Part shown: piece by piece, positions 1 through 13,240 of the stretch | How the letters are laid out: each line of letters starts with the position of its first letter | Numbering within the stretch: position 1 is the first letter of the stretch | NCBI RefSeq assembly: GCF_046119375.1 | Contig: NW_027362765.1 | Location: 118,978,001-119,042,000, forward strand | Length of the DNA: 64,000 bases | Origin: Phyllobates terribilis | Taxonomy: Eukaryota | Direction: 5' to 3' | Translations under genes and position numbers: made by a program | The notes under the pieces: generated by a model | Told to the model about the DNA's origin: nothing | Database searches by the model: none | The model's input: only the letters and a program-made list of their open reading frames with translations

Positions 1-48
1 TAAGAACATCCAGTGTTCATATTTGCTTGGGTTTTTGCAACACCCTTA

Positions 49-436
49 GGCTATGTGCCCACGTTGCATTTATGAAGCAGAAAATTTCTGCTGCATAAAT
101 GCAAGTCCTCTCCCGGAAAAACGCATGCGGAATTCCGCACGCGTTTATCGCGCTTTTTTCGCGCGTTTATCACGCGTTTTCCACATGCGGAATTGCCTTG
201 CGTTTTTTATGCATTGAACAAAGGCAATTCTGCTTGCGGAAACGCAAAATTAAATGACATGCTGCGGATTTTTGAACGCAGCATAAACGCTGCGGAAAAA
301 TCCGCAGCATGTGCATAGAACTTGCGGAATCCCATTGGGGACCATGGGGTGCGTGTTACCAAGCGTTTTTCAAGCGTTTACGCTGCGGAAATTCCGCATC
401 AAAAACGCTTGAAAAATGCTACGTGGGCACACAGCC
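49..436. mobile_element. PIF/Harbinger (Tourist-like) MITE
   Basis: TIR GGCTATGTGCCCACGT (49-) vs ACGTGGGCACACAGCC (-436); TTA on both flanks (46-48, 437-439); internally palindromic; no ORF. Confidence 0.7.
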
Positions 437-2973
437 TTAAAGAGAACCTATATTTTATTTGATTAATATGTGTTTATGATTAAGCATTTGTTCTTTTTTT
501 TTTTCTTTTATTAGGGTGCTTTCACATTACCTTCAGGCACCTGTTTGATGGTCCATTCTGGGTTTACGTCCGGGCCCCCCTGCAAAACGGGATTCGGGCG
601 TATGCTCCAAAGCATAATGGTGCCGGCAGAGCGAACGTGCGCTCTGACATATATAATTTTCGGAGGTGGACAACCAGACTTAGACTCATGGTTTGTCCGA
701 ATGAAGGAGTGTGTCACTTCGAAATGCGTTGACAAACCGCATTTCCACGGATCTTGTCACCTGCTCATCATTGGACCACCGGCAGCGCAGATTTTGATCC
801 ACTTTCCTCCAGTTTTTGACATGTTTATCCAGAGCGTAGATCTGCATCAGCCTCTTCCTAAGCTTTTACAAGAGTTGTGATTTCACAACCCCAGCAGGTG
901 AGCAAAACTGTTATTGTCTCCTCTTTTTTCTCGGATAAGATCCTATTGCGCTTATTGTCTTTCCAGTCCCTTTGTCTATCTCTATCTGTTGATGCATATG
1001 GCAGAGGATTATCTTCTGCCATATGCATCAAGAAAGCAGCAATTGCAGTTTCACATCACCAATCTGTCACCCAACAGGCAACAAACACAGCCCAGGGTGC
1101 TGTAAAACAGCACACAGTGCAAAAGGCATGAAGTGTATTTTAAAGGTCAAATACATTCTATGTCAGAGGTTGAGGTGCAGCAGAGCTATGCTGGCAGGAT
1201 GGCAACTGCACTGCGCATGATCAACCAGAAGCCGTAAAACTACACTTGATTGTAAAGTGCAGCAGAATAAGTTGGTGCTATATATATAAAAAATCATTAT
1301 TATACTTTCTTTCATCCTGGGCAAAGGTTCAACTCATCGTTTTGGCCCAGTGTCAAAATACCATGGCCAAGCTCCCAGCTGCTGGGGTGCATGCTCCCCC
1401 AACCCCCTAGCTATGTTATCTAGCTCTCTATCATGATAATGATGGCATTTCTGATATGGCCCATAACCAGAAGCCATCTGTCAGTGACCAGTGCTCTCGT
1501 CATGATAGATGTGGGGTGACAGAACACAGGAATGAGGAACGTGACAATATGGGGATGTGATGGCGGAGGTTGTCAGTGTAATTGATGGCAGAGCTTGTAT
1601 GTGAAACATTTTTACTAGTGTAGGTGCCATTCGGTTTCTGAGAAGGTGGTCACTCAGATTTTTCAATTTTTTATTTTAACAATCCAAATCCACAGACTCA
1701 TGTACAGATATCAAACCTAATTTTACTGACTCCATTTAGAGGCGTATAACAGATCAGTATGGTGACATATTGGACAATATAAAGGAGCATGATACAGAAT
1801 TGACAGGTTTATCATCTGTTCACTGAAAGGAAAGTGTCACCCCCAATTTTTTTTTTTCAACAATTGGTAAAATTTAAAGTAATGCACACACAGACTTCTG
1901 ATGCGCCCTGCAGGTGCAGCAGTAAAGCCCCATTTTGACGTCCCTGTACATACAGACATCTGAATAAGGCAAGAGCAGAGTCGAGTCAGGGATCAGAGGA
2001 CAGCATCCAGATGACTACACTGCTGTGCACTGTACACTGTAGGGGTGACAGCGGTGGTGAGTGCAGGTTGGGCAGCAGCGGTGATAGGATAATAATAATA
2101 ATAGTTTTTATTTTTATAGCGCCAACATATTCCGCAGCACTTTACAAATTTTAGGGGGGATATATACAGACAATACAGAATAAGCATATCTCATATCGAA
2201 AGGAGTGAGGGCCCTGCTCGCAAGCTTACAGTCTATGAGGAAATGGGGGAGACACAAAAGGTAAAAAGTACATATATTGTATAATGCAGCCTTGATATAC
2301 TAAATAGGATAAATAATAATACATGGACTGGTCGCCAGCCAGTATGTGTACCGTCCTGACAGAGGCTATTAAGTGCATGGTTGGTATGAACCTGAAGTTG
2401 AAGAAGATTTTAATATGGGGGAAAACTGGGACGGACAGAGTGTGGTTAGGCGATACGCCAGTCTAAAGAAATGTGTTTTTAGGGTTCGCTTGAAACTGTG
2501 GGTATTGGGAATTAATCGAACTGTCCTGGGTAGTGCATTCCAAAGAATTGGCGCAGCACGCGAGAAATATTGGAGACGGGAGTGGGAAGTTCGGATTATG
2601 GAGAATTTTAGTTTTAAGTCATTTGCAGAACGGAGGGCACGTGTAGGGTGGTAGACTGAGACAAGAGAGGAGATGTAGGGGGGTACTGAAGCATGGAGAG
2701 CTTTGTGGGTAAGCGTGATAATAAGTTTAAATTGAACTCTATATTGGATGGGCAACCAATGCAATGACTGGCACAGGGAAGAGGCATCGGTGTAGCGATT
2801 GGCGAGGAATATGATCCTGGCTGCTGCGTTAAGGACGGATTGGAGAGGGGAGAGTTTAGTAAGAGGGAGACCGATTAGTAGAGCGTTGCAATAGTCTAGA
2901 CCAGGGGTCTCAAACACGCGGCCCGCGGGCCGCATGCGGCCCCTGAGGCTGCTTTATGCGGCCCGCAGGCACA

Positions 2974-3280
2974 GACCCCTTGACGATCCCGACCTGGTCC
3001 AGGATGAGCCACCGACAGCAGCGCTGAATTGCCACACAGAGACTGTTTCCCAGCACTGCATTTCCAATGCCAGCCGCTGGCCAATCAGAGGCCAGCAGCT
3101 GATATCTGCGTGTCGGCGCAGCGAGTATGACGTCATTGCCATATGCAGATGTCAGCTGCTGGCCTCTGATTGGCCGGCGGCTGACATTGAAAATGCTGTG
3201 CTGGGAGACAGTCTCTGTGCGGCAATGCAGCGCTGCTGTCGGCGGCTCCTCCTGGACCAGGTCGGGATCGTCAAGGGGTC
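2974..3280. repeat. Internal inverted repeat (~140-bp arms) of the hAT element
   Basis: GACCCCTTGACGATCCCGACCTGGTCCAGG... vs ...CCTGGACCAGGTCGGGATCGTCAAGGGGTC. Confidence 0.9.
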
Positions 3281-3394
3281 GGACTCTGTGGTGCCTGCGG
3301 GCCACATCTGCAGGAAGGCCGCCGAGGGAACGGAGGACAGGTGAGAATCATCTTTTTTTTTTTCTATTTTATGTGTGTGAAGAACAGCACAGAG

Positions 3395-4460
3395 GGCACA
3401 GAGCCACAACATGGGGACCGGGATGGTGCACAGAGCCACAAGAGGGGACCTGGATGGGGCACATAGCCACAGGATGGGGACCTGGATGGGGCACATAGCC
3501 ACAAGAGGGGACCTGGATGGGGCACAGAGCCACAACATGGGGACCGGGATGGGGCACATAGCCACAAGAGGGGACCTGGATGGGGCACATAGCCACAAGA
3601 GGGGACCTGGATGGGGCACAGAGCCTCAAGATGTGGACCTGGATGGGGCACATAGCCTCAAGATGTGGACCTGGATGGGGCACATAGCCTCAAGATGTGG
3701 ACCTGGATGGGGCACAGAGCCACAAGATGGGGACCAGAGCCACAAGATAGGGACCTGGATGGGGAACATTGCCACAGGATGGGGACCTGGATGGGGCACA
3801 TAGCCCCAAGATGGGGACCTGGATGAGGCACATTAGTACAAGATGGGCGCCAGGATGGGGAACGTTGCCACAGGATGGGGACCTGGATGGGGCACATAGC
3901 CTCAAGATGTGGACCTGGATGGGGCACATAGCCTCAAGATGTGGACCTGGATGGGGCACAGAGCCACAAGATGTGGACCTGGATGGGGCACATAGCCTCA
4001 AGATGTGGACCTGGATGGGGCACATAGCCTCAAGATGTGGACCTGGATGGGGCACATAGCCTCAAGATGTGGACCTGGATGGGGCACATAGCCTCAAGAT
4101 GTGGACCTGGATGGGGCACAGAGCCACAAGATGGGGACCAGAGCCACAAGATGGGGACCTGGATGGGGAACATTGCCACAGGATGGGGACCTGGATGGGG
4201 CACATAGCCCCAAGATGGGGACCTGGATGAGGCACATTAGTACAAGATGGGCGCCAGGATGGGGATTGTTGCCACAGGATGGGGACCTGTATGGGGCACA
4301 TAGCCACAGGATGGGGACCTGGATGGGGCACATAGCCACAGGATGGGGACCTGGATGGGGCACATAGCCACAGGATGGGGACCTGGATGGGGCACATAGC
4401 CACAGGATGGGGACCTGGATGGGGCACATTAGTACAAGATGGGGACTTGGATGGGGAACA
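3395..4460. repeat. 32-bp minisatellite inside the hAT element
   Basis: Unit GGACCTGGATGGGGCACATAGCC(T/A)CAAGATG(T/G); period 32 (e.g. 3901/3933). Confidence 0.95.
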
Positions 4461-7400
4461 TTACTACAAGATGTTTTCCATTATTACTATATGATGCTAA
4501 TTGTAAGACAATATTACTGTATGTGGCCAATTGGGGGAAATAAAATTGTAAAAAAAATAAAAAATAAAATAAAGCATGAAAAAATATTGGGCACTAAAAA
4601 TGCTGTTTTATATGTAAACTAAAGTAAACACAAAAAAGTGCATGTTTATTATCGCCACATCCATAACGACCCAAGCCATAAAAAAAATAAACACGGCAAA
4701 AATGTTCAAAAGGTGTATACAAAAAAAATGGTATCACTAAAAATGTCACATTGAACAAAGAATGCGGCCCCCCAAATTCAAATTTTTTCCATGTGCGGCC
4801 CATATACCCAGCCGAGTTTGAGACCCCTGGTCTAGACGAGAATGAATAAGAGCTACAGTAAGAGTTTTTGCCGAGTCAAAGGTGAGAAAAGTCCTGATTC
4901 TTGAGATGTTTTTGAGGTGTAAATGACATGAACGAGCAAGTGATTTGATGTGAGGAGTGAAGGAAAGATTTGAATCAAAAATGACCCCAAGACAGCGGGC
5001 TTGTTGCTGGGGAGTAATGGTTGAGCCACAAACAGAAATGGCAATATCGGGCACAGGTAGGTTAGTGGAGGGAGGGAAGACGAGTAGTTCAGTTTTTGAC
5101 AGATTCAGTTTTAGGTAGAGGGAGGACATAATGTTAGACACGGCAGAAAGACAATCGCTGGTCTTTTGTAGTAATGCAGGGGTGATGTCCGGAGCAGAGG
5201 TGTATAATTGGGTGTCATCAGCATAGAGATGGTACTGAAAACCGAATCTACTGATTGTTTGTCCAATAGGAGCGGTGTATAAGGAGAAAAGAAGGGGGCC
5301 TAGGACTGATCCTTGAGGAACCCCGACAGTAAGGGGAAGGAGAGAGGAGGAGGAGCCGGCAAAAGACACAGAGAAGGAGCGGTCAGAGAGATAGGAGGAG
5401 AACCAGGAGAGAACAGTGTCCTTGAGGCCAATAGTGCGGAGCATAGTGAGGAGGAGCTGGTGATCCACAGTGTCGAATGCTGCGGAGAGATCCAGGAGAA
5501 TCAGCAGGGAGTAGTGACCATTAGATTTAGCTGTTAATAAATCATTAGAGACTTTAGTGAGGGCAGTTTCAGTAGAATGTAAAGAGCGGAAACCAGATTG
5601 TAAAGGGTCAAGAAGAGAGTTGTCTGAGAAATAGCGGATTAGACAGGAATGGACCAGGCGTTCCAGGAGTTTAGAGATAAAGGGAAGATTGGAAACTGGT
5701 CTGTAGTTGGCCGTGCAGTTCTGGTCAAGGGATGGTTTTTTAAGTAATAGTTGTATGCTGGCGTGTTTAAAAGAAGAGGGAAAGATACCAGATGAGAGGG
5801 AAAGGTTGAAAATTTTTGTTAGGTGAGTGGTGACAGCTGGAGCAAGGGACTGAAGGAGATGTGAGGGAATAGGGTCACTGGTGCAGGTGGTAGGGCGAGA
5901 AGATGCAAGGAGCCTGATCACTTCATCTTCTGTGACTGGTTTGAAGTCAGAAAGTGAGCAAGATACAATGTGGCGGGGGAGAGCATGCATAACATTTGGG
6001 GATTGGGAGAAAATTTCCTGTCGGATATGGTCAATTTTTTCTTTGAAATAATTGGCCAGATCGTCAGCGCTGAGGTCGGTGGTCGGGGCCTGTGTTGTTT
6101 GATTGAGGAGAGAATGAAACGTGTCAAAGAGTCGTTTAGGATTATTGGAAAGTGAGATGATGAGGTTGTTAAAGTAGGTTTGTTTGGAGAGGTGAAGGGC
6201 AGAGTTATATGTTTTCAGCATAAATTTATAGTGGAGGAAATCTTCGGGCAGATTAGATTTTCTCCACAGCCGTTCAGCGCACCTGGAGTACCTCTGGAGA
6301 AGACGTGTTTGAGGCGTGTGCCAGGGTTGTCGCTGTCTATGCTGAATTGTTCTTTGTGTAGGAGGTGCGGCTTCATCCAGGGCGCATAGCATTATTTTGT
6401 TATAGTGCTTCAATGCAGAGTCGGGACATGAGAGGGAGGAGATTGGGGCCAATGATGATTGCAACCTTTTTATAAATTTCTGGGTGTTAATGGCACGTAC
6501 ATTTCTATAAGTGTGGACGGTGGGAGTGTCTTGAGTAGAGTCGCAGTTCTTGACAGATAATGAAAGAAGATTATGGTCAGAGAGTGGAAGGGGAGAGTTA
6601 GTAAAGTCATGTACTGAGCAAAGCTGGGAGAAGATCAGGTCCAATATGTTCCCGTCCTCATGTGTAGGAGAATTAGCAAGCTGTGAAAGGCCGAAGGAGG
6701 AGGTTAGTGATAAAAGATGCGTGGCAGATGGGGAAAGAGGATCGCCAATTAGGATGTTAAAATCTCCCATGATTATCGTGGGGATGTCGCAGGATAGAAA
6801 ATTTGGAAGCCAGGCGGCAAAGTGATCCAGGAATTGACGGGGGGACCTGGAGGGCGATAGACAACCGCCACTCGCAGGGCGAAGGGCCGGTAGAGTCTGA
6901 CTGTGTGGGCCTCAAAAGACGGGAAGATAAGGGAGGGTACAGGGGGGATAACCTGAAAAGTACATTTTGTTGAAAGAAGCAAACCAACACCTCCACCTGA
7001 TCTGTTGTCAGGTCGCGGGGTATGAGAGAAATGTAGGCCACCATAGGAGAGAGCTGCCGCGGCGGTGGTGTCCGACTGCTGAATCCAGGTTTCAGTGAGA
7101 GCCAGAAGGTTGAGGGAATTAGAGAGGAAAAAGTCATGGATGTAAGAGAGTTTATTACAAGCTGAGCGCGCATTCCAAAGGGCACAGTTGAATGAGACAG
7201 AAGATATGCAGGGAATATTAATGAGATTAGCAGGGTTTCTGAATGTAACAGGGAAAGAGTTAGTGTTATTATTACTGGAGGGTCCTGGGTTGGGAGAAAT
7301 ATCACCTGCGACTAATAGAAGGAAGATACAGAGAGTGAGCAGATGATTGAGTGATTTGTGAGAGAGTTTCCTGTGTTGTATGGTGGGAATGAATGGATCT

Positions 7401-8638
7401 GTGTGGTATAACGTTGTGAAGAGAGCATGACAACTGTACATAGGAGAAGAGAGGAGAGAGGGGTTAATATGGATGAAGTGTGCAGAATTTGTGGGAGAAC
7501 GGTGAATGTGGATGATTGTAGCAGCCAGAATATAAATTGCACAGATACAAATGGTGAATACTGTTTGCCCAAAAGATGACATGGAAGCAAGTTTGTTTAA
7601 TTGTCTTGCATGTCTTACCTGTCTCCTGCCCTGTCCAACTGCCATCTTCTAACTGCCGGGGCACTTTGATAAATTATGGCACTTCGATAAAGTATGCTTA
7701 AATGCTATATGCATAAATGCCTCCGCATAAAATAGGAGCTCCAGGGCAGTGGTGGTGAGTGCAGGTTGGGCAGCGGCAGTGATAGAAACTCCAGGGCAGC
7801 GTTGGTGAGTACAGATCAGCAGCCTGATATTGTACTGCTAATACCAGGCTACCGACCTGTTCTCACCACTGAAGAAAGTTACTGCAGCTGAAGAAAGTTC
7901 TCACGGCTCAGAGCAGCCCTGCAGTGGTAACTTCTTCCATCGGTGAGAACAGAGCGGTAGCCTGGGCTTAGCAGTACAATGTCAGGCTGCCGACTTGTAT
8001 TCACCTACGCTGCCCTGGAGCTCCTATCACCGCCGCTGCCCGACATGCGCTCACCACCGCTTCCTTGGAGCTACTGTCACCGTCGATGCCAAACCTAACT
8101 CACTGCTGGAGAAAGTTACTGCTGCAGCCCTGCGGTCGTAACTTCTAGCAGTGAGAACAGGTCGGTAGCACGGGATTAGCAGTACAATGTCAGGCTGCCG
8201 ACTTATATTCACTACCGCTGCCCTGAAGCTCCTGTCACCTCCGCTGCCCGTCCTGTACTCGTAGGCTCTGCACCATCGCCCCTCCTGTCACTGCAGAATA
8301 CTATGAGCGGTGATAGGGGGAATTGTAGTTCAGAGCACATCTCTGGACTACAAGAAAATGGCGTCCAAATCCTCCCACAGCTGTGACCTGGACAGCTCAG
8401 GGGGTGTGCCCACTGACCTCCGTCTCCTATGCCCATGGGCTGCCGTATTTGAGGTGTGTAGGTGTTGTGCTCAGACACTTACACATCAGCAAATAAACAT
8501 GTCAGCCCCCAGCAGCTGCAGAAGAAAATTAATAAGTAAATACATGTTAAAAAACACAACATGCCATTTTGTATTAGAGATAATTGTATAATCAATAATT
8601 ATTACTACAATAAAAAAAATTGCAACACATTCCCTTTA

Positions 8639-10967
8639 AGACTATGTGCTCATGTTGAGTATTTTCTGCAGATTTCTCCAGCGCGTTGGCAGGAAAAATG
8701 CAGAGTAAAATATACGTGTTTTTATGCGATTTTTGTTACACGTGTTTTTACTTGTGGCTTTTTCCCATTTATTTGAATAGGTGAAAATGCTGAAAGAACT
8801 GACCCGCTGCAGAGCCGAAAAACGCTGAAAAGACTGACCCGCTGCAGAGCCGAAAAACGCTGAAAGAACTGACCCGCTGCAGAGCCGAAAAACGCTGAAA
8901 GAACTGACCCGCTGCAGAGCCGAAAAACGCTGAAAGAACTGACCCGCTGCTGAGCCGAAAAACGCTGAAAGAACTGACCCGCTGCAGAGCCGAAAAACGC
9001 TGAAAGAACTGACCCGCTGCAGAGCCGAAAAACGCTGAAAGAATTGACCCGCTGCAGAGCCGAAAAACGCTGAAAGAACTGACCCGCTGCAGAGCCGAAA
9101 AACGCTGAAAGAACTGACCCGCTGCAGAGCCGAAAAATGCTGAAAGAACTGACCCGCTGCAGAGCCGAAAAACGCTGAAAGAACTGACCCGCTGCAGAGC
9201 CAAAAAACGCTGAAAGAACTGACCCGCCGCAGAGCCGAAAAACGCTGAAAGAACTGACCCGCTGCAGAGCCGAAAAACGCTGAAAGAACTGACCCGCTGC
9301 AGAGCCAAAAAACGCTGAAAGAACTGAACCGCTGCAGAGCCGAAAAATGCTGAAAGAACTGACCCGCTGCAGAGCCAAAAAACGCTGAAAGAACTGAACC
9401 GCTGCAGAGCCGAAAAACGCTGAAAGAACTGACCTGCTGCAGAGCCGAAAAACGCTCAAAGAACTGAACCGCTGCAGAGCCGAAAAACGCTGAAAGAACT
9501 GACCCGCTGCAGAGCCGAAAAATGCTGAAAGAACTGACCCGCTGCAGAGCCGAAAAACGCTGAAAGAACTAACCCGCTGCAGAGCCGAAAAACGCTGAAA
9601 GAACTGACCTGCTGCAGAGCCGAAAAACGCTGAAAGAACTGACCCTCTGCTGAGCCGAAAAACGCTGAAAGAACTGACCCGCTGCAGAGCCGAAAAACGC
9701 TGAAAGAACTGACCTGCTGCAGAGCCGAAAAACGCTGAAAGAACTGACCCTCTGCTGAGCCGAAAAACGCTGAAAGAACTGACCCTCTGCTGAGCCGAAA
9801 AACGCTGAAAGAACTGACCCGCTGCAGAGCCGAAAAACGCTGAAAGAACTGACCCGCTGCAGAGCCGAAAAACGCTGAAAGAACTGACCCTCTGCTGAGC
9901 CGAAAAACGCTGAAAGAACTGACCCGCTGCAGAGCCGAAAAACGCTGAAAGAACTGACCCGCTGCAGAGCCGAAAAATGCTGAAAGAACTGACCCTCTGC
10001 TGAGCCGAAAAACGCTGAAAGAACTGACCCGCTGCAGAGCCGAAAAACGCTGAAAGAACTGACCCGCTGCAGAGCCGAAAAACGCTGAAAGAACTGACCC
10101 TCTGCTGAGCCGAAAAACGCTGAAAGAACTGACCCGCTGCAGAGCCGAAAAACGCTGAAAGAACTGACCCGCTGCAGAGCCGAAAAACGCTGAAAGAACT
10201 GACCCTCTGCTGAGCTGAAAAACGCTGAAAGAACTGACCCGCTGCAGAGCCGAAAAACGCTGAAAGAACTGACCCGCTGCAGAGCCGAAAAATGCTGAAA
10301 GAACTGACCCTCTGCTGAGCCGAAAAACGCTGAAAGAACTGACCCGCTGCAGAGCCGAAAAACGCTGAAAGAACTGACCCGCTGCAGAGCCGAAAAACGC
10401 TGAAAGAACTGACCCTCTGCTGAGCCGAAAAACGCTGAAAGAACTGACCCGCTGCAGAGCCGAAAAACGCTGAAAGAACTGACCCTCTGCTGAGCCGAAA
10501 AACGCTGAAAGAACTGACCCTCTGCTGAGCCGAAAAACGCTGAAAGAACTGACCCTCTGCTGAGCCGAAAAATGCTGAAAGAACTGACCCTCTGCTGAGC
10601 CGAAAAACGCTGAAAGAACTGACCCGCTGCAGAGCCGAAAAATGCTGAAAGAACTGACCCTCTGCTGAGCCAAAAAACGCTGAAAGAACTGACCCGCTGC
10701 AGAGCCGAAAAATGCTGAAAGAACTGACCCTCTGCAGAGCCGAAAAATGCTGAAAGAACTGACCCTCTGCTGAGCCGAAAAACGCTGAAAGAACTGACCC
10801 TCTGCTGAGCCGAAAAACGCTGCACCGCTGTGATGGGTCAAATCCGTAAAGGAAAAATAAGCAGCGCGTTCAGATTTCAGAAATCTCATTCACTTTGCTG
10901 GTACGCTAAAACGCTGAGATTCTTACCCGTGAAAAACGTGGACAAAACGCAGCAAGCGAACAAGCCC
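8639..10967. mobile_element. Harbinger-like MITE shell around the 35-bp array
   Basis: Left end TTAAGACTATGTGCTCATGTTG resembles the terminus of the 49-436 MITE; right end GCAAGCGAACAAGCCCTTA; degenerate. Confidence 0.45.
8785..10822. repeat. Homogeneous 35-bp minisatellite (~58 copies)
   Basis: Unit CGCTGAAAGAACTGACCCGCTGCAGAGCCGAAAAA; period 35 (8861/8896). Confidence 0.97.
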
Positions 10968-11409
10968 TTACTGTGCTAGTGGATGACATCTATTGCTCTC
11001 TGTTATCAGCCATTTCTGAGCGTTAGTAGTGACATATTTGTGTGAATGACAGCAGCGGCTCTTCCTATTACCCTGCTGGTCCTATAACTCTGTCAGACTT
11101 TCCTCATCCTGAAATGGCTGAGAAAAGGGAGCAGTAGATTGTATTAAGCTACACAGAAGACAGCCTATGATTTACTAGGTACATAACACGTTCACTTCAG
11201 ACCGCCCCTCTCCCCGTAGTGAGGGCCTGTGTGACATCACAGGAATATCAGGGAAGGAGCAGTAATTCGGTAATTGGCCTGTGTGTGTGGATCCCTGCAG
11301 CCCGGCACAATGACTGTAATTATCATCTTACTCGCTCCATTGTGTTTTGAGGAGAAGCAGACTGGTAATAATGAGGAGCCAGACAAAGCATCGGGCCACG
11401 TGCTCCAAT

Positions 11410-13240
11410 ATTACGTCTCCCCCGATATTACTGCATAATTAGTGTGCCCCCCGACATTACTGTACAGTGTGCCCCCAATATTACTGTACAGGCATTGTCG
11501 TCCCCCCATCATTACTGTTTGATATGCCCCCCCTATGTTACTGTACAGTCAGCGTCTCCCTCTATATTACTGTATAATCAGTGTGCCCCCCCGATATTAC
11601 TGTACAGTGTGCCCCCAGCATCACTGTATAATATGCCCCCCTATGTTACTGTACAGTCAGCGTCTCCCCCATATTACTGTATAATCAGCATGCTCCCCAA
11701 CATTACTGTATAATATGCCCCTCTATGTTACTGTACAGTCAGCGTCTCCCCCTATATTACTGTATAATCAGTGTGCCCCTGACATTACTGTACAGTGTGC
11801 CCCCAATATTACTGTACAGGCATTGTCCCCCCCAACATTACTGTATAATCCCTCCTATTTTACTGTACAGTCAGCACCTCCCCCTATATTATTGTATAAT
11901 CAGTGTGCTCCCCAATATTACTGTACAGGCATTGTCTTCCCCCCAACATTACTGTATAATATGCCCCCCTATGTTACTGTACAGTCAGCGTCTCCCCCTA
12001 TATTACAATATAATCAGTGTGCCCCCTGACATTACTGTACAGTGTGCCCCCAATATTACTGTACAGGCATTGTCGTCCCCCCAACATAACTGTATAATAT
12101 GCCCCCCTATGTTACTGTACAGTCAGCGTCTCCCCCTATATTACTGTATAATCAGCGTGCCCCCCGATATTACTTTACAGCGTGCCCCCCAACATTACTG
12201 TATAATATGCCCCCCTATGTTACTGTACAGTCAGCGTCTCCCCCTATATTACAATATAATCAGTGTGCCCCCTGACATTACTGTACAGTGGGCCCCCAAT
12301 ATTACTGTACAGGCATTGTCCCTCCCCCTAACATAACTGTATAATATGCCCCCCTATGTTACTGTACAGTCAGCATCTCCCCCCTATATTACTGTATAAT
12401 CAGTGTGCCCCCCAATATTACTGTACAGGCATTTTGTTCCCCCCCAACATTACTGTATAATATGCCCCCCCTCTATGTTACTGTACAGACAATGTGCCCC
12501 TCAACATGTCCCCCAATATTACTGTACAGTGTGCCCCCCGACATTACTGTACAATGTGTCCCCTTATATAACTGTACAGCCACTGCCCCTCCCAACATTA
12601 CTGTATAATATACACCTCTATGTTACTGTAAAATCAGTATGCCCCCTATATTATTGTATAATTGTGGCCTCTATACTACTGTATAATCTGTGTGCCCCCC
12701 TATATTACTGCACAGTCAGTGTACCTCCCTATATTACTGCATAATGAGTGTGCCCCTATATTACTGTACGGTCAGTGTGCCCCCTATATTACTATACGGT
12801 CAGTGTGCTCCCTATATTATTGTATTATGTGCCCCACCCCACCACCCTATATTACAATATAGTTAGTGTGTCCCCTTATATTACTGTACAGTCATCATGC
12901 CCCCTTTATGGCTGAACAATCTGTGTGCCCCCCTATATTACTGTATAATGTGCCCCTTATATTTCTGTACTGTCAGTGTACCCCCTATATTTCTGTATGG
13001 TCAGTGTGTCCCCTATATTACAGTATAACGTGCCCCTTATATTTTTCAATATATTGTATCCCCTATAGTACTGTATAATGTGCCCCCTTATATTACTATA
13101 TATTGTGCCCCTATACTATTATATAATGTGCCCCCTATATTACTGTATATTGTGCCCACCTATATTACTGTACAGTGTGCCCCCTATATTACTGTACAGT
13201 GTGCCCCCTATATTACTATATATTGTGCACCATATATTTT
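11410..13240. repeat. C-rich/G-poor ~20-25-bp minisatellite with a ~246-bp higher-order unit
   Basis: Core CCCCTATATTACTGTA(C/T)A; marker CAGTCAGC(G/A) at 11982, 12120, 12228, 12367. Confidence 0.93.

Larger units (their letters stand above)
2902..4829. mobile_element. Non-autonomous hAT (Charlie-like) element inserted in the L2 RT
   Basis: 14-bp TIR CAGGGGTCTCAAAC; 8-bp TSD GTCTAGAC at 2894-2901 and 4830-4837 (NTCTAGAN is the typical Charlie-group target). Confidence 0.92.
2369..7582 (-). pseudogene. L2 ORF2 (2A-like peptide + APE + RT), disrupted by a 1-bp frameshift and a hAT insertion
   Basis: ORF track pieces 6773-7645, 4746-6770 and 2369-2935 join as IHSRLD|YCNALL across the insertion. 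Removing 1936 bp and adding one base to the G run at 6839-6844 gives 3279 nt (1093 codons). Confidence 0.88.
2090..7731 (-). mobile_element. L2-clade LINE, near full length, ORF2-only type
   Basis: APE endonuclease (WNARS, LTETW, GDFN) and RT ([18 protein letters not shown]). 3' end reads GTAAAGTGCTGCGGAATATGTTGGCGCTATAAAAATAAA plus a (TAT)n tail at ~2090. ATAGGA on both flanks (2084-2089, 7732-7737). Confidence 0.92.
1827..8638. mobile_element. Degenerate T2/Kolobok-like non-autonomous element, split by the L2 insertion
   Basis: Ends AAAGGAAAGTGTCAC / CAACACATTCCCTTTAA. The motif GGTGGTGAGTGCAGGTTGGGCAGC occurs on both sides of the L2 (2054, 7752). Inverted arms at about 7740-8080. Boundaries are approximate. 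Confidence 0.4.

Noticed and set aside
511-880. ORFs 511-735 and 545-880
   Set aside because: They overlap a truncated MITE-like start (TAGGGTGCTTTCACA); no homology recognised
3152-4429. Repetitive ORFs on both strands
   Set aside because: Products of the 32-bp array inside the hAT element
8785-10822. CRISPR-like appearance of a 35-bp repeat
   Set aside because: Units are contiguous with no unique spacers, there are no cas genes, and the DNA is eukaryotic
8722-10889. Long minus-strand ORFs (245-477 aa)
   Set aside because: These are translations of the 35-bp array, which lacks stops on that strand; no domain or splice context
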